64,000 nt of DNA from Gammaproteobacteria bacterium (lineage in GTDB: Bacteria > Pseudomonadota > Gammaproteobacteria > JAUZRS01). Position 1 is the stretch's first letter. Each line of letters opens with the position of its first letter. Below, piece after piece: positions 1 through 10,022 of the stretch. The notes under the pieces are model-generated. The model was not told the origin of the DNA, did no database searches, and saw only the letters and a program-made list of their open reading frames with translations. The DNA lies in contig JAUZSP010000006.1 in NCBI GenBank assembly GCA_030949385.1, positions 64,121 through 128,120 on the forward strand, given 5' to 3'. The translations under genes and the position numbers were made by a program.

Positions 1-129
1 TATTTTATTTTTCATCTCTGCGTTTGAATCCGGTGTGTGACCCGCAGTCTGGTCGGTTGCATTTACGCTTAAGGGCAGGGCTAAGCCTATTAGGGCGATG
101 GTTTTTAACATGGTTTGTCCTCTGGTTTT

Positions 130-1434
130 TTATGTGATGCGGTTTTTTTCTTCAATCCACTTGGCCATATAATAATGGCTTTTTAGGCTCTGATGGGTAA
201 GCAGAGTGCCAATAAAATTCTGTTGTCGGTGGGCAGCTAAATTGTTTCGAATGGCATTAATCCGAGCAATCAATTCTTCACCCTGTTGCTGGGCGTTGTA
301 ACCTTTCTGAATAATGGAGAAGCCGTTCTGCTGCGCCTGTTGCCAGTGGCTTTCATCCTTATACAGTTTCACCGCCGCCGTGGCAATTTCGGTGGGGTTG
401 TTCGCGACCGAGCCACTCCAAGGCAATCCAGCCGCCATTGCCTCTGCACCGATGGCGGTGGTGACGTTGGGTGTACCGCACTGCATGGCATCAATCAGTT
501 TGCCTTTCTGTCCGGCTCCAAAGCGCAACGGAGCCAAACAGACCCGTGCCTGTTGCATCACTTGATGAGCGTCTTTTGCCCAACCTAAAACATGAAAGCC
601 CTGTTTGGCATTGTGCAACGCCGTGGCCTTGGGGGGAGGGTACGCACCGTAAATGTGCAGCTCGGCTTGGGGCAGCTGTTGTCGAATCCGTGGCCAGATC
701 TGTTCTTTAAGCCACAACACCGCATCCCAGTTGGGTGGGTGGCGAAAATTACCGATGTGGATAAAGTGTTGGCGTTGTGGGTGCTTTGGCAGCCGTTGTC
801 TGTTTTCCAGCGGCGGCAATAAAAACGGCGTGTGGTGCAGCAGTTGAGCAGGCAGAGAAAAATGCTCCGTAAGCAATTTCTGCTCAAATTCCGAAATAAG
901 CAAGGTCAGATCAGAGCGATAAAACGCCGCGATTTCACGTTGGCACATGTCCCGCTGACTCATTTTTTTAAACAGTGATTCGGGATTAATCGCTGCGACG
1001 TGATGATCTTGTTTATTGGTTTTTTCAATTTTTAACTGCGCTTTGAGCTGGTTTTGGCGCACGTCACGCAGGCTGTGCAAATCTTCGCTGTCGATGATGC
1101 GCAGCGCCTCGGGGCACTGTTCCGCCACCCGCCAGCCATACTGCTCTTCTGTAACAAAACGGTCGAACAAAACAATGTGTGGTTGCAGCTGTTGGATAAA
1201 ATCATCAAAGCTGCGGCTGTTAAGCTGAACAGCCTGTTCGGTAACGCCCAAGGTGGTGAGGTCGGTTTTCTGTTCGTTTTGGCTCGCCGCGCTGGCGAAG
1301 GTGATCTGCCAGCCGTGCTGTTGAAACAGCTTGATCAGTTGTAACATGCGACTGCCCGCTGCCGATGAGTTGGGTTCTGGCCAGACGTAGCCGATAATCA
1401 GCAGATGAGTTTTTTGGTGTGAGTTTATGTGCAT
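130..1434 (-). CDS. Glycosyltransferase, GT4/GT-B family
   Basis: 434-aa ORF with GT-B motifs (IGNFRHPPN, APLRFGAGQKGKLIDAMQCGTP). Confidence 0.8.
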   Translation of the reverse strand: MHINSHQKTHLLIIGYVWPEPNSSAAGSRMLQLIKLFQQHGWQITFASAASQNEQKTDLTTLGVTEQAVQLNSRSFDDFIQQLQPHIVLFDRFVTEEQYGWRVAEQCPEALRIIDSEDLHSLRDVRQNQLKAQLKIEKTNKQDHHVAAINPESLFKKMSQRDMCQREIAAFYRSDLTLLISEFEQKLLTEHFSLPAQLLHHTPFLLPPLENRQRLPKHPQRQHFIHIGNFRHPPNWDAVLWLKEQIWPRIRQQLPQAELHIYGAYPPPKATALHNAKQGFHVLGWAKDAHQVMQQARVCLAPLRFGAGQKGKLIDAMQCGTPNVTTAIGAEAMAAGLPWSGSVANNPTEIATAAVKLYKDESHWQQAQQNGFSIIQKGYNAQQQGEELIARINAIRNNLAAHRQQNFIGTLLTHQSLKSHYYMAKWIEEKNRIT

Positions 1435-2025
1435 AAATTGGGAGTCGATTATTCATTGGTTACGGTAATTGAGTTGCGCGGCCTTGCCATTGAGGTGAGT
1501 TTTAAACGTATTAAACACCTTCATCTCAGGGTGCGTTCTCCTGAGGGTCGGGTGACGGTCTCGGCTCCTGTGCAGATGCCTTTGGCGGTGGTGCAGCGTT
1601 TTGTGCTCTCCAAATGGCAATGGCTTGAGAAAAAACAGGCTCAATTGGCTGCGCGGCCACGAACCTCCTCAGAGCAATTAAACCGGCAACATCAGCGATG
1701 GGAGCAGCAACGGCAGCGTTTAAAAGTGGAGGTAGGTCGTCTGGTGCAACATTGGCAGCCGATTATGCAGGTTTCGGTGCAGAAGGTCACTCTGCGTCGA
1801 ATGAAAAGCAAATGGGGCAGTTGCACACCAGCCAAGGGCACGATTCGGATTAACCTCGTTTTGGCCGAGCGTTCGCCACAGGTCTTGGAGATGGTGCTGG
1901 TGCATGAGATGGTGCATCTATTGGAGTCCTCTCACAATGCACGTTTTTATGCGTTGATGGATCGTTTTCTGCCCAATTGGCGGCGTTATCAGCAGGAGTT
2001 GGATCAGCCGAACCGAGGCGTGTGA
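1429..2025 (+). CDS. YgjP-like (DUF45/M48-type) zinc metallohydrolase, short form
   Basis: MKSKWGSC and HEMVHLLESSHNARF (HExxH) motifs; true start probably slightly downstream. Confidence 0.8.
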   Translation: MHKLGVDYSLVTVIELRGLAIEVSFKRIKHLHLRVRSPEGRVTVSAPVQMPLAVVQRFVLSKWQWLEKKQAQLAARPRTSSEQLNRQHQRWEQQRQRLKVEVGRLVQHWQPIMQVSVQKVTLRRMKSKWGSCTPAKGTIRINLVLAERSPQVLEMVLVHEMVHLLESSHNARFYALMDRFLPNWRRYQQELDQPNRGV

Positions 2026-2057
2026 GCAACTATTTTAGCCAAAGTTGAATTTAAGGT

Positions 2058-2086
2058 TTGACTGGGCGGTAAAGTAGTGGCAGTAT
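2058..2086 (+). promoter_or_regulatory. Sigma70 promoter of tRNA-Val
   Basis: TTGACT-17 bp-CAGTAT followed by a GC-rich discriminator just upstream of the tRNA. Confidence 0.6.
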
Positions 2087-2102
2087 TCGCTCCGCTCGAC
2101 GC

Positions 2103-2179
2103 AGGCGCGTAGCTCAGTTGGTTAGAGCACCACCTTGACATGGTGGGGGTCGTTGGTTCGAATCCAATCGCGCCTACCA
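2103..2179 (+). tRNA. tRNA-Val(GAC)
   Basis: AGGCGCG/CGCGCCT acceptor stem, anticodon loop TTGACAT, GGTTCGAATCC T-arm, encoded CCA. Confidence 0.97.
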
Positions 2180-2204
2180 ACATAGATTTGAGAGATCAAA
2201 TCGC

Positions 2205-2244
2205 AAAAAGCCCCAGTATGAATTTATTCATCTGGGGCTTTTTT
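2205..2244. terminator. Bidirectional intrinsic terminator
   Basis: AAAAAGCCCCAG...CTGGGGCTTTTTT between convergent tRNA-Val and DUF423 gene. Confidence 0.85.
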
Positions 2245-2278
2245 GTGGGTTTTAGTCTGTTATGTCAGGTTAGAGTGT

Positions 2279-2653
2279 TTACTTTTCCACTCGCCACTGG
2301 CTCCAAGTCAAGCTTCCCCAGCCGACTAAAAACGCCAAGCCTCCCAGCGGGGTAATGGCTCCCAGCCAGCGCATTTGGGTGATGGCCATCAGATACAAGC
2401 TGCCGGAAAACAGCAGCACACCGATGATCATGCTGTAAGCGGCCAGTTTCAGTTTGGCTTGTGGTTGCAGTTGCATCAGCAGTCCGATCAAAATCAATCC
2501 CAAAGCGTGAAACATGTGGTAGCTCACGCCGGTTTGATACCAACCTTTGGCTTCAGGGGTGAGCAGCGGTTTGAGGGCGTGTGCGCCAAAGGCACCGATG
2601 GCAACGGCCAACAGCGCCAAGAGTGCGCCGAGGCCAATAAAACGTCTGGACAT
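2279..2653 (-). CDS. DUF423 (YgdD/TMEM256) membrane protein
   Basis: GAFGAH, YHMFHAL, FSGSLY, GAITPLGG motifs. Confidence 0.9.
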   Translation of the reverse strand: MSRRFIGLGALLALLAVAIGAFGAHALKPLLTPEAKGWYQTGVSYHMFHALGLILIGLLMQLQPQAKLKLAAYSMIIGVLLFSGSLYLMAITQMRWLGAITPLGGLAFLVGWGSLTWSQWRVEK

Positions 2654-2717
2654 AAGAGAGTCTCTGGATTAAAAATAGCTCTCATTCTAGCGCAACGAAC
2701 TAAAAAAGGGGTCTGTT

Positions 2718-3203
2718 ATGCCATCGTTTGATGTGGTTTCTGAAGTGGATATGCACGAATTGGCCAACGCGGTTGATCAAACCAGCCGTGAAATCGGCAC
2801 CCGTTACGATTTTAAGGGCAGCAGCGCCAAGGTTGAGTTAAACGACAAGCAGGTGACGATCATCGCCGACGGTGATTTTCAAGCCCGTCAAATTCACCCG
2901 ATGCTCTACCAAAAATTGACCAAACGGGGTCTGGAAGCGGGCTGTCTGGAAGAGGGTAAAATCGAAACCGTGGGCAAAGGCGTGCGCCAATATCTGACGG
3001 TGCAGGCGGGGATTGAAACCGATACGGCAAAAAAGATTGTGAAAATGATCAAAACCAGCAAAATCAAAGTGCAAGCGGCAATTCAGAGCGAGCAGGTGCG
3101 GGTGACGGGCAAAAAGCGCGACGATCTGCAACAGGTGATGGCGCTGTTGCGTGGGGCGGAAGGTTTGGGGCTGCCGTTGCAGTTTAAGAATTTTCGAGAT
3201 TAG
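2718..3203 (+). CDS. yajQ: YajQ nucleotide/c-di-GMP-binding protein
   Basis: MPSFDVVSEVD start, RYDFKG, RVTGKKRDDLQ, FKNFRD end. Confidence 0.95.
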   Translation: MPSFDVVSEVDMHELANAVDQTSREIGTRYDFKGSSAKVELNDKQVTIIADGDFQARQIHPMLYQKLTKRGLEAGCLEEGKIETVGKGVRQYLTVQAGIETDTAKKIVKMIKTSKIKVQAAIQSEQVRVTGKKRDDLQQVMALLRGAEGLGLPLQFKNFRD

Positions 3204-3322
3204 CAGAAGGGAAAACGTGCGTTGTTTGGGTTGGACATTCTTGGCCTTCCTCGGTACAGTTTGGCCACTGCAAAAAAGGTTGAAACAGCCCTTTTCCGAG
3301 CCATCAAACAGAGACGAGAATC

Positions 3323-4507
3323 GTGTTGAAAATCACCTTATCAAGCCGTGTTGAACGCATTAAACCCTCACCCACCCTGACCATCAGTGCCTTGGCGGCG
3401 CAATTGAAGGCGCAGGGGCGGGACATCATCAGTCTGGGGACAGGCGAGCCGGATTTTGATACGCCGGATCATGTAAAACAAGCTGCCATTGAGGCCATCA
3501 ATGCCGGTTTTACCAAATACACCAATGTGGACGGCACGCCTGAGCTGAAGCAGGCGATCATTGATAAGTTTGCCCGCGACAACGGTTTTCACTTTGATCT
3601 CGAAGAGGTGTTGGTCTCTTGTGGTGGCAAACAGAGCTTTTTTAATCTGACCCAAGCGTTGCTGAACCACGAGGATGAGGTGATTATTCCCGCCCCGTAT
3701 TGGGTCTCTTACCCCGATATGGTCAAGCTGGCGGGAGGGTCGCCGGTGATCGTACACGGCACGCAAGCGCAGGGCTTTAAAATCACCCCGCACCAATTGG
3801 AAAGCGCCATCACCGAGCGTACGCGCCTGTTTGTGATCAACAGCCCTTCCAATCCTTCGGGGGTCTGTTACAGCTTGGCGGAATTGAAGGCGCTCGGCGA
3901 TGTGCTGGCGCAACACGCGAATATCCTCATTGCCACTGATGACATGTACGAGCATATTTTGTGGAAAAAAGGCTCTTTTTGTAACATTCTCAACGCCTGC
4001 CCTGAGTTGAAAAGCCGTATTTTGGTGCTCAACGGGGTCTCGAAAGCTTACGCCATGACCGGTTGGCGCATTGGTTACGCGGCGGGGCCGAGCTACATTA
4101 TTCAGGCGATGAAAAAAGTGCAGTCGCAGAGCACCTCCAATCCTGCCTCCATCTCACAGGTGGCGGCGCAAGCGGCATTGGAAGGCGATCAGCACTGCCT
4201 TGACCCGATGGTTGAGGCTTTTAAAGAGCGCCATGATTTTGTATTGGAAAAATTAAATCAGATTTCCGGCATCAGCTGCTTGCCCAGTGACGGTACTTTT
4301 TATGCGTTTCCCAATGTGGAGGCGGTGATCAAACGCTTGAAACTGAAAGACGATGTGGCCCTGACCTCGTACTTACTGGATAAAACCGGCGTGGCGCTGG
4401 TGCCTGGGTCGGCTTTTGGTCTGCAAGGCCACATGCGTCTCTCTTATGCGACGAGTATGGAGATTTTGACCGATGCCTTGGCGCGGATTAAAAAGGCCTT
4501 GGGTTAA
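3323..4507 (+). CDS. PLP-dependent aspartate aminotransferase (class I/II)
   Basis: GEPDFDTP, NSPSNPSG, SKAYAMTGWRIGY PLP-lysine motif. Confidence 0.9.
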   Translation: MLKITLSSRVERIKPSPTLTISALAAQLKAQGRDIISLGTGEPDFDTPDHVKQAAIEAINAGFTKYTNVDGTPELKQAIIDKFARDNGFHFDLEEVLVSCGGKQSFFNLTQALLNHEDEVIIPAPYWVSYPDMVKLAGGSPVIVHGTQAQGFKITPHQLESAITERTRLFVINSPSNPSGVCYSLAELKALGDVLAQHANILIATDDMYEHILWKKGSFCNILNACPELKSRILVLNGVSKAYAMTGWRIGYAAGPSYIIQAMKKVQSQSTSNPASISQVAAQAALEGDQHCLDPMVEAFKERHDFVLEKLNQISGISCLPSDGTFYAFPNVEAVIKRLKLKDDVALTSYLLDKTGVALVPGSAFGLQGHMRLSYATSMEILTDALARIKKALG

Positions 4508-4510
4508 ATT

Positions 4511-4858
4511 ATGCTGACGATTTACGGCATTAAAAACTGCGATACGATGAAAAAGGCGCTTAAGTGGCTGACGGAAAACGGCATTGAGCATACTTTTCAT
4601 GACTACCGAAAAGCGGGTCTAACGCGACAGATGTTGCTGGGCTGGGAAGCGCAATTGGGGTGGGCGTTGTTGGTCAATAAACGCGGCACCACTTGGCGCA
4701 AGTTTGATGATGAGGTTAAGCAGAAGATGAACTCAGAAAATTCCATTGACGTGATGCTGGAAAACGAAGCGGTGATCAAACGTCCGCTGCTGGATCTGGG
4801 TGACGGTCGTTTGGAGTTGGGTTTTAAAGCCGAACGTTATGCGGAGCTGTTTTTATGA
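4511..4858 (+). CDS. ArsC/Spx family protein (YffB-like)
   Basis: YGIKNCDTMKKA, NKRGTTWR, IKRP motifs. Confidence 0.9.
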   Translation: MLTIYGIKNCDTMKKALKWLTENGIEHTFHDYRKAGLTRQMLLGWEAQLGWALLVNKRGTTWRKFDDEVKQKMNSENSIDVMLENEAVIKRPLLDLGDGRLELGFKAERYAELFL

Positions 4859-5169
4859 GCGGTTCAGGTAAGAACATTGCCCAACTGGTTTATATTCTTC
4901 AAGCGGTCTCTTTTCTGCTTGGCATTACCTTTGTGATTGCGGTGGTGATCAATCATCTGAAGCGCGGCGATGTGCGTGGCACGCTCTCTGAGTCTCATTT
5001 CCTTTGGCAGATGCGTACCTTTTGGTGGTCGCTGATCTGGATGGGGGTGGGTTTGATGACGATGTTGATCGGTGGTTGGATGATCGTCTATCTGCTGCCA
5101 TTGTGGATTATTTATCGCATTGTCAGGGGCTGGTTGCGGCTCAACGATGATCGGGAAATGTACGTTTAG
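4855..5169 (+). CDS. Small membrane protein (DUF4870-like)
   Basis: Three hydrophobic segments; SHFLWQMRTFW and YRIVRGWLRL motifs. Confidence 0.7.
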   Translation: MSGSGKNIAQLVYILQAVSFLLGITFVIAVVINHLKRGDVRGTLSESHFLWQMRTFWWSLIWMGVGLMTMLIGGWMIVYLLPLWIIYRIVRGWLRLNDDREMYV

Positions 5170-5226
5170 TGAGCGTTAACGGATCGAGTCAAAAAATTTA
5201 TTTTCTAACCTTTTGAGTTTAAAAAA

Positions 5227-5757
5227 ATGAGTAACGAGAGCGTGTTAAAAAAACAGGCAGCACTGAAAATTGCAGTGATTACGGTCTCCGACAGCCGTAC
5301 CGAAGAGACCGATACCTCTGGTCAAGCGTTGGTGGATCGTTTGCAAGCCGATGGCCATGTTTTGCATGAAAAAGTGATTTTGGCTGACGATCTGTATCTG
5401 CTGCGGGCGCAGTTTTCCGCTTGGATTGCCGATCCTGAGGTGGAGGTGATTTTGACCACCGGCGGTACCGGTGTCAGTGGCCGTGATGTGACACCCGAAG
5501 CGGTGGGGCCTCTGTTTGATAAAGAGATCGTCGGTTTTGGCGAGATGTTTCGTTGGGTCTCTATTGAGGAGATCGGCACCTCCACCATTCAGTCCCGTGC
5601 GTTGGGCGGAGTGGCCAACGGTACGTTGATTTTCTGCCTGCCGGGTTCAACGGGTGCGTGTCGCACCGCGTGGGATAAAATTTTGCGCCATCAATTGGAT
5701 CTGAATCACCGCCCCTGTAACTTTGTTGAATTGCGCGGTCGTTTGACGGAGCGTTGA
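5227..5757 (+). CDS. moaB: Molybdenum cofactor biosynthesis protein B
   Basis: TVSDSRTEETDTSG, TTGGTG, RDVTPEA, LPGSTGAC, RPCNF. Confidence 0.93.
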   Translation: MSNESVLKKQAALKIAVITVSDSRTEETDTSGQALVDRLQADGHVLHEKVILADDLYLLRAQFSAWIADPEVEVILTTGGTGVSGRDVTPEAVGPLFDKEIVGFGEMFRWVSIEEIGTSTIQSRALGGVANGTLIFCLPGSTGACRTAWDKILRHQLDLNHRPCNFVELRGRLTER

Positions 5758-5783
5758 GGGTTTTTATTGTGAATGAAAAAAAA

Positions 5784-7013
5784 ATGGCCAGCGGTTGTGA
5801 TAGCGCAACGGTGTTAAAACCGATTGAAGAGACTTTAGAGCATCTGTTGAGCCAAGCAAAACCAGTGACAGAAATTGAGTGGCTGGCCACTGAAGCGGCT
5901 TTGGGGCGCGTGTTGGCCGAAGATCAGTTGGCGGCGGTGAGTGTACCGGCGTGGGACAACAGCGCGATGGACGGTTACGCCTTGCGTTATGCCGATCTGC
6001 AAGCAGGTAAGCCATTGACGGTGGCGCAACGCATTCCTGCTGGAGCGGTGGGGACGTTTTTAGAATCCGGCACTGCGGCGCGCATTTTTACCGGTGCGCC
6101 GGTACCAGAGGGGGCGGATACGGTGGTGATGCAGGAGCATTGCCAGCGTGACGATGATCTGCTGACTCTGGCTCACGAGGTGGCAAAAGGCGCGAACATT
6201 CGGCGCATCGGTGAAGATGTGCGGCAGGGCGAGGTGATTTTAAACCAAGGGGTAAAGCTCTCTCCGCAGCATTTGGGGCTGGCGGCATCTGTGGGGCTGG
6301 CTAAAATGCCGGTGTATCGTCGTCTAAAAGTGGCCATTCTTTGTACCGGTGATGAGTTGATTCCGCCGGGTGAACCGCTGGGCGCGGGGCAGATTCACGA
6401 CTCAAACCGTTACACCTTTATCGGTCTGTTGCAGGCGTTGGGCTGTGAAGTGATTGATCTGGGACGGGTGGCCGATGATTTTGTTGCCACCCAAGAGGCG
6501 CTTTCTGAGGCGGCGGCAAAAGCCGATCTGGTGCTGGCCAGCGGTGGGGTTTCCGTGGGTGAGGAGGATCATGTGAAGGCGGCGGTGGAGTCCTTGGGAG
6601 CGCTTTCTTTGTGGCGTGTGGCGATTCGACCAGGAAAACCACTGGCCTTTGGTTTTGTTGGCGAGACTCCTTTTATTGGCGTGCCAGGCAATCCAGTGTC
6701 GTTGTTTGTTACGGTGGCCATTTTGGCGCGACCCTTTATTTTGCGCTGCCAAGGGCGTGATGCGGTGTTGCCTAATTCGTTTTCGGTGCGCTCTGGTTTT
6801 GATTGGTCACGACCGGACAAACGTCGTGAATACATGCGGGTGCGTTTGTACAGCGAGCAGGGGCAACTGACGGCAGAAGCGCATCCAAGCCGCTCTTCTG
6901 GGGTTTTGAGTTCGGTGACCTGGAGTGACGGTTTGGCGATTTTGCCCGAGGGCAAGGCGCATAAAAAAGGCGATTTGTTGGAGTTTATCCCCTTTTCTGA
7001 ATTGCTAAATTAA
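5784..7013 (+). CDS. moeA: Molybdopterin molybdotransferase
   Basis: NSAMDGYA, RIFTGAPVP, TGDEL, SGGVSVG, PGNPVS; ATG at 5784 preferred over 5754. Confidence 0.93.
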   Translation: MASGCDSATVLKPIEETLEHLLSQAKPVTEIEWLATEAALGRVLAEDQLAAVSVPAWDNSAMDGYALRYADLQAGKPLTVAQRIPAGAVGTFLESGTAARIFTGAPVPEGADTVVMQEHCQRDDDLLTLAHEVAKGANIRRIGEDVRQGEVILNQGVKLSPQHLGLAASVGLAKMPVYRRLKVAILCTGDELIPPGEPLGAGQIHDSNRYTFIGLLQALGCEVIDLGRVADDFVATQEALSEAAAKADLVLASGGVSVGEEDHVKAAVESLGALSLWRVAIRPGKPLAFGFVGETPFIGVPGNPVSLFVTVAILARPFILRCQGRDAVLPNSFSVRSGFDWSRPDKRREYMRVRLYSEQGQLTAEAHPSRSSGVLSSVTWSDGLAILPEGKAHKKGDLLEFIPFSELLN

Positions 7014-7035
7014 CGTTTTTTGCTGTTGTTAGGCA

Positions 7036-7887
7036 CTAGTGTTTTGGCGCTGATTTGGCCGTTTGATCGTCGGCAGCCAAAAAGAGCTTGGGGTTGATCC
7101 AAGTGCCGTTCAGCCCCACTGACCAGTGCAGATGGGGGCCGGTGACGCGTCCTGTTTGCCCCACCTCGCCAATCTGTTCGCCCTGTTTTACCGTATCCCC
7201 TATTTTGACCTTGATTTTATTCATATGGGCGTAAAAGCTGATCAAGCCTTGGCCGTGCTCTAAAAAGACGCAGTTGCCGTTAAAAAAGAAGTTACCCGCC
7301 TCTACCACTTTGCCATCGGCGGGGGCGTAGATGGGGGTGCCTTCAGCGGCGGCAATGTCCAGCCCGCCATGTGGACGACGAGGCTGTTTATTAAAAAAGC
7401 GTCGCAGACCAAACTGGCTGCTTTCAGGGCCGCTGACGGGGCGAATAAAATCAAAATGGGGTGTCTGGTGGCTCCATTGAAACTTGGCTTTGCCGGAACG
7501 ACGACGCTCTTTTTTGATGCGCTGCATGTCGTTTTTATACGGGTTTACTTTGCGTTTGTTTTTAATCGTCAGATATTGGCTTTCGTATTCATAGGGTTTG
7601 ACTTCAAAGGCGATGCGCTGATTGGTTTTTTTATTTGGCCACTGTACGCTTAGGTGGTGAGTGCCTGGTTTGATGGAGAGAGGCAAACCAATCACCGCTG
7701 ACCAGCTCTGGTCGTCGTTTTTGATTACCATCACTTTGCGCTTAATGTAACGCACATGGGGTTTGCCAGCTTGTTCTGCGGCGAGGGGGATAATGGCAAT
7801 GCCACCCGGTACCGCCGAGGCGGTGGGCAGTTCGTTGGCCAAAGTGAATGCGGGTAGCAGCAATAAAATTAAGAGTTTGTAAAACAT
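7036..7887 (-). CDS. M23 family peptidoglycan endopeptidase, exported
   Basis: Signal peptide; HGGLD (HxxxD) and GPHLH (HxH) motifs. Confidence 0.88.
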   Translation of the reverse strand: MFYKLLILLLLPAFTLANELPTASAVPGGIAIIPLAAEQAGKPHVRYIKRKVMVIKNDDQSWSAVIGLPLSIKPGTHHLSVQWPNKKTNQRIAFEVKPYEYESQYLTIKNKRKVNPYKNDMQRIKKERRRSGKAKFQWSHQTPHFDFIRPVSGPESSQFGLRRFFNKQPRRPHGGLDIAAAEGTPIYAPADGKVVEAGNFFFNGNCVFLEHGQGLISFYAHMNKIKVKIGDTVKQGEQIGEVGQTGRVTGPHLHWSVGLNGTWINPKLFLAADDQTAKSAPKH

Positions 7888-7904
7888 AGATCGCTCCATG
7901 AAGG

Positions 7905-8639
7905 TTAGGTTGGGGTGTTGGTGCGCAGTTGTGCCACAAACAGGCTGGTGGCTCCGGCCACCGAGACCGGCATGGCGATTAAATTAACAAAAGGCAAGGT
8001 GGTAAAAAAGAGCGCACTGCTGCCAAACGTGAGTGACATCAGACGCTGTTTTTTTAAGGCAGCACGCTGTTGTTTAAAGTCGATATTGTGGTTGCCCATC
8101 GGGTAGTCGGCGTACTCCAGTGTCAGCATCCAGGCGCTGAAAATAAACCAGACAAAGGGGGCAATGAGATTGACCCCAGGGATTAAAAACAGCAGTAAAA
8201 TGGGCAGCATACGCAGCAAAATATAGATCAGTTTTTTTATCTCACCGACAACGCTCTCTACAATCAGAGTGACTAAATTTTGTCCTTCGGAAGGCGGTTT
8301 TCTGCCTGTGAGGTGATACTCCACCTGTTCTGATAACAGGGCATTAAAGGGTGCGGCGACTAGATTGGCAAACAGAATAAAAACGTAACTGCTGATCAAC
8401 AGAAGGCTAATGGCAAACAGCCCCCAAATCAGGGAGCGTAACCACTCGATTTGCAACCAACTGGGCAATAGGCTTTCAACCCAGCCGCTGAGGTATTCGG
8501 AACCTGACCAAATCATCCATGAGAAGAGCAATACGTTAATCAGCAAGGGGATAATGACATAAGGCCGAACACTCGGCTTGGTGATGAGGCTAAAACCACG
8601 CATAAAATGTCCAAAACCTGAAAGGCTGCCGCTGAGCAT
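7905..8639 (-). CDS. cysZ: Sulfate transporter CysZ
   Basis: IPLLIN, APFNALLSEQVE, EYADYPMGNH motifs. Confidence 0.88.
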   Translation of the reverse strand: MLSGSLSGFGHFMRGFSLITKPSVRPYVIIPLLINVLLFSWMIWSGSEYLSGWVESLLPSWLQIEWLRSLIWGLFAISLLLISSYVFILFANLVAAPFNALLSEQVEYHLTGRKPPSEGQNLVTLIVESVVGEIKKLIYILLRMLPILLLFLIPGVNLIAPFVWFIFSAWMLTLEYADYPMGNHNIDFKQQRAALKKQRLMSLTFGSSALFFTTLPFVNLIAMPVSVAGATSLFVAQLRTNTPT

Positions 8640-8680
8640 TGCTGTTCTCCGTTGTATGAAAGAAGATTGATAAATAAGGT

Positions 8681-9970
8681 TTAGGGTTGAAGATGACCGG
8701 CTGCGATTTTGGCGCTGCCGTAGGCTGCTTCAACCTGCGTTGAGAGCCGTAAAGGAACGTGCAGTGCGCGTTCGCGCAAGGTCTGCCACGCTGGATTAAT
8801 GGCTCCACCGCCTGCGCTGTAAATCTGGTGGGGGTAGGGTGCTCCCAATTGGGCTAAAAGTCGATAACCTTGCGCTTCAATGCGGCTCAAACCTTCTAAG
8901 ATGGCCTGTAAAAAGTGCTGCTGATTATCAGGGCGCGGTGAGAGCTGGGGCATTAAATCCGGGTTGGCAAGGGGAAAACGTTCGCCTTTTGAGGGCAGCG
9001 GGTAGTAGTGTAACCCGCTGGGTTTGCTGAGATCTATATTCTGGCTGAGGCGGATGAGTTCGTCGTCACTAAAAAACTGCTTAAGCACCCCAGCGCCGCT
9101 GTTGGACGCACCGCCCGCGAGCCAAAGATCACCCAGTCGATGGCTGTAGATGCCATGTTGTGGAGAAAAAAGAGGAGCAGGGGTGATGACTTTTAACACG
9201 GTGGTACTGCCCAAGGAGGTGACGGCATCGCCAATTTTGTGCGCGCCGCTGGCGATAAAGGCGGCGATGCTGTCGGTGGTGCCGCTGATGATCTGGGTGC
9301 TGTGATGCAGGCCAAACTGCTTGGTAATTTCAATTTTTGCAGTGCCAATGACGGTGCCAACGGGCGTGACCTTGGGCAGTGTCTGCAATTCAATGGGAAG
9401 CTGTTTTAACCACTCGGGCCAGCGACCGGTGATGGGGTCGTATCCTAATTTTAGGGCGTTGTTTTCATCGCTGTAGATGACGTTGCCGCTTAATTTGGCG
9501 GCGATCCAGTCCGCTTGGTGCAGTGCTTTGAAGGCGCGGTGGGGAATTCTGCTTTGCAGCGTCAGCAGTTTGGCTAGGCTACTGCTGGTGCCGTGAGCGG
9601 CGCTGTTTTTTGGGGCGTATTGGTGGATGAGCTGTGCGGCGGTGGCGTTGTCGCTGTGGTGGTACATCAGCGCGGGGGTGAGGGGGGTGCCATCCAGCGC
9701 ACTGAGCAGCAGGGTTGAGGAGGTGCCATCAACGGTAATGGCGCGGATGCGCTGAGCATCAACCTGTTGGAAAAGGTCGTACAGCAGTTGCTGTACGGTG
9801 TGCCACCAGATTAATGGATCTTGTTCCTCTTGTTGCTCTAAGGCCGCAGGCCAAGGCTGTTTTAAAAAAATCTGTTGTTGGCCTTGGCTGTCAATGACCG
9901 AGGCGCGACAGCCGGAAGTACCTAAATCCAGCCCCAGATAGAGCGCTTCTGAGTGGGGTTTTAGGGGCAT
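8681..9970 (-). CDS. FGGY-family carbohydrate kinase
   Basis: GLDLGTSGCR, DGTSST, GTTDSIAA, SLGST, GERFP motifs. Confidence 0.85.
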   Translation of the reverse strand: MPLKPHSEALYLGLDLGTSGCRASVIDSQGQQQIFLKQPWPAALEQQEEQDPLIWWHTVQQLLYDLFQQVDAQRIRAITVDGTSSTLLLSALDGTPLTPALMYHHSDNATAAQLIHQYAPKNSAAHGTSSSLAKLLTLQSRIPHRAFKALHQADWIAAKLSGNVIYSDENNALKLGYDPITGRWPEWLKQLPIELQTLPKVTPVGTVIGTAKIEITKQFGLHHSTQIISGTTDSIAAFIASGAHKIGDAVTSLGSTTVLKVITPAPLFSPQHGIYSHRLGDLWLAGGASNSGAGVLKQFFSDDELIRLSQNIDLSKPSGLHYYPLPSKGERFPLANPDLMPQLSPRPDNQQHFLQAILEGLSRIEAQGYRLLAQLGAPYPHQIYSAGGGAINPAWQTLRERALHVPLRLSTQVEAAYGSAKIAAGHLQP

Positions 9971-10022
9971 GGGCGGGCTGCTCTCAAGATAGGAAAGCAA
10001 TGATTATAACACTCTGTGGAGG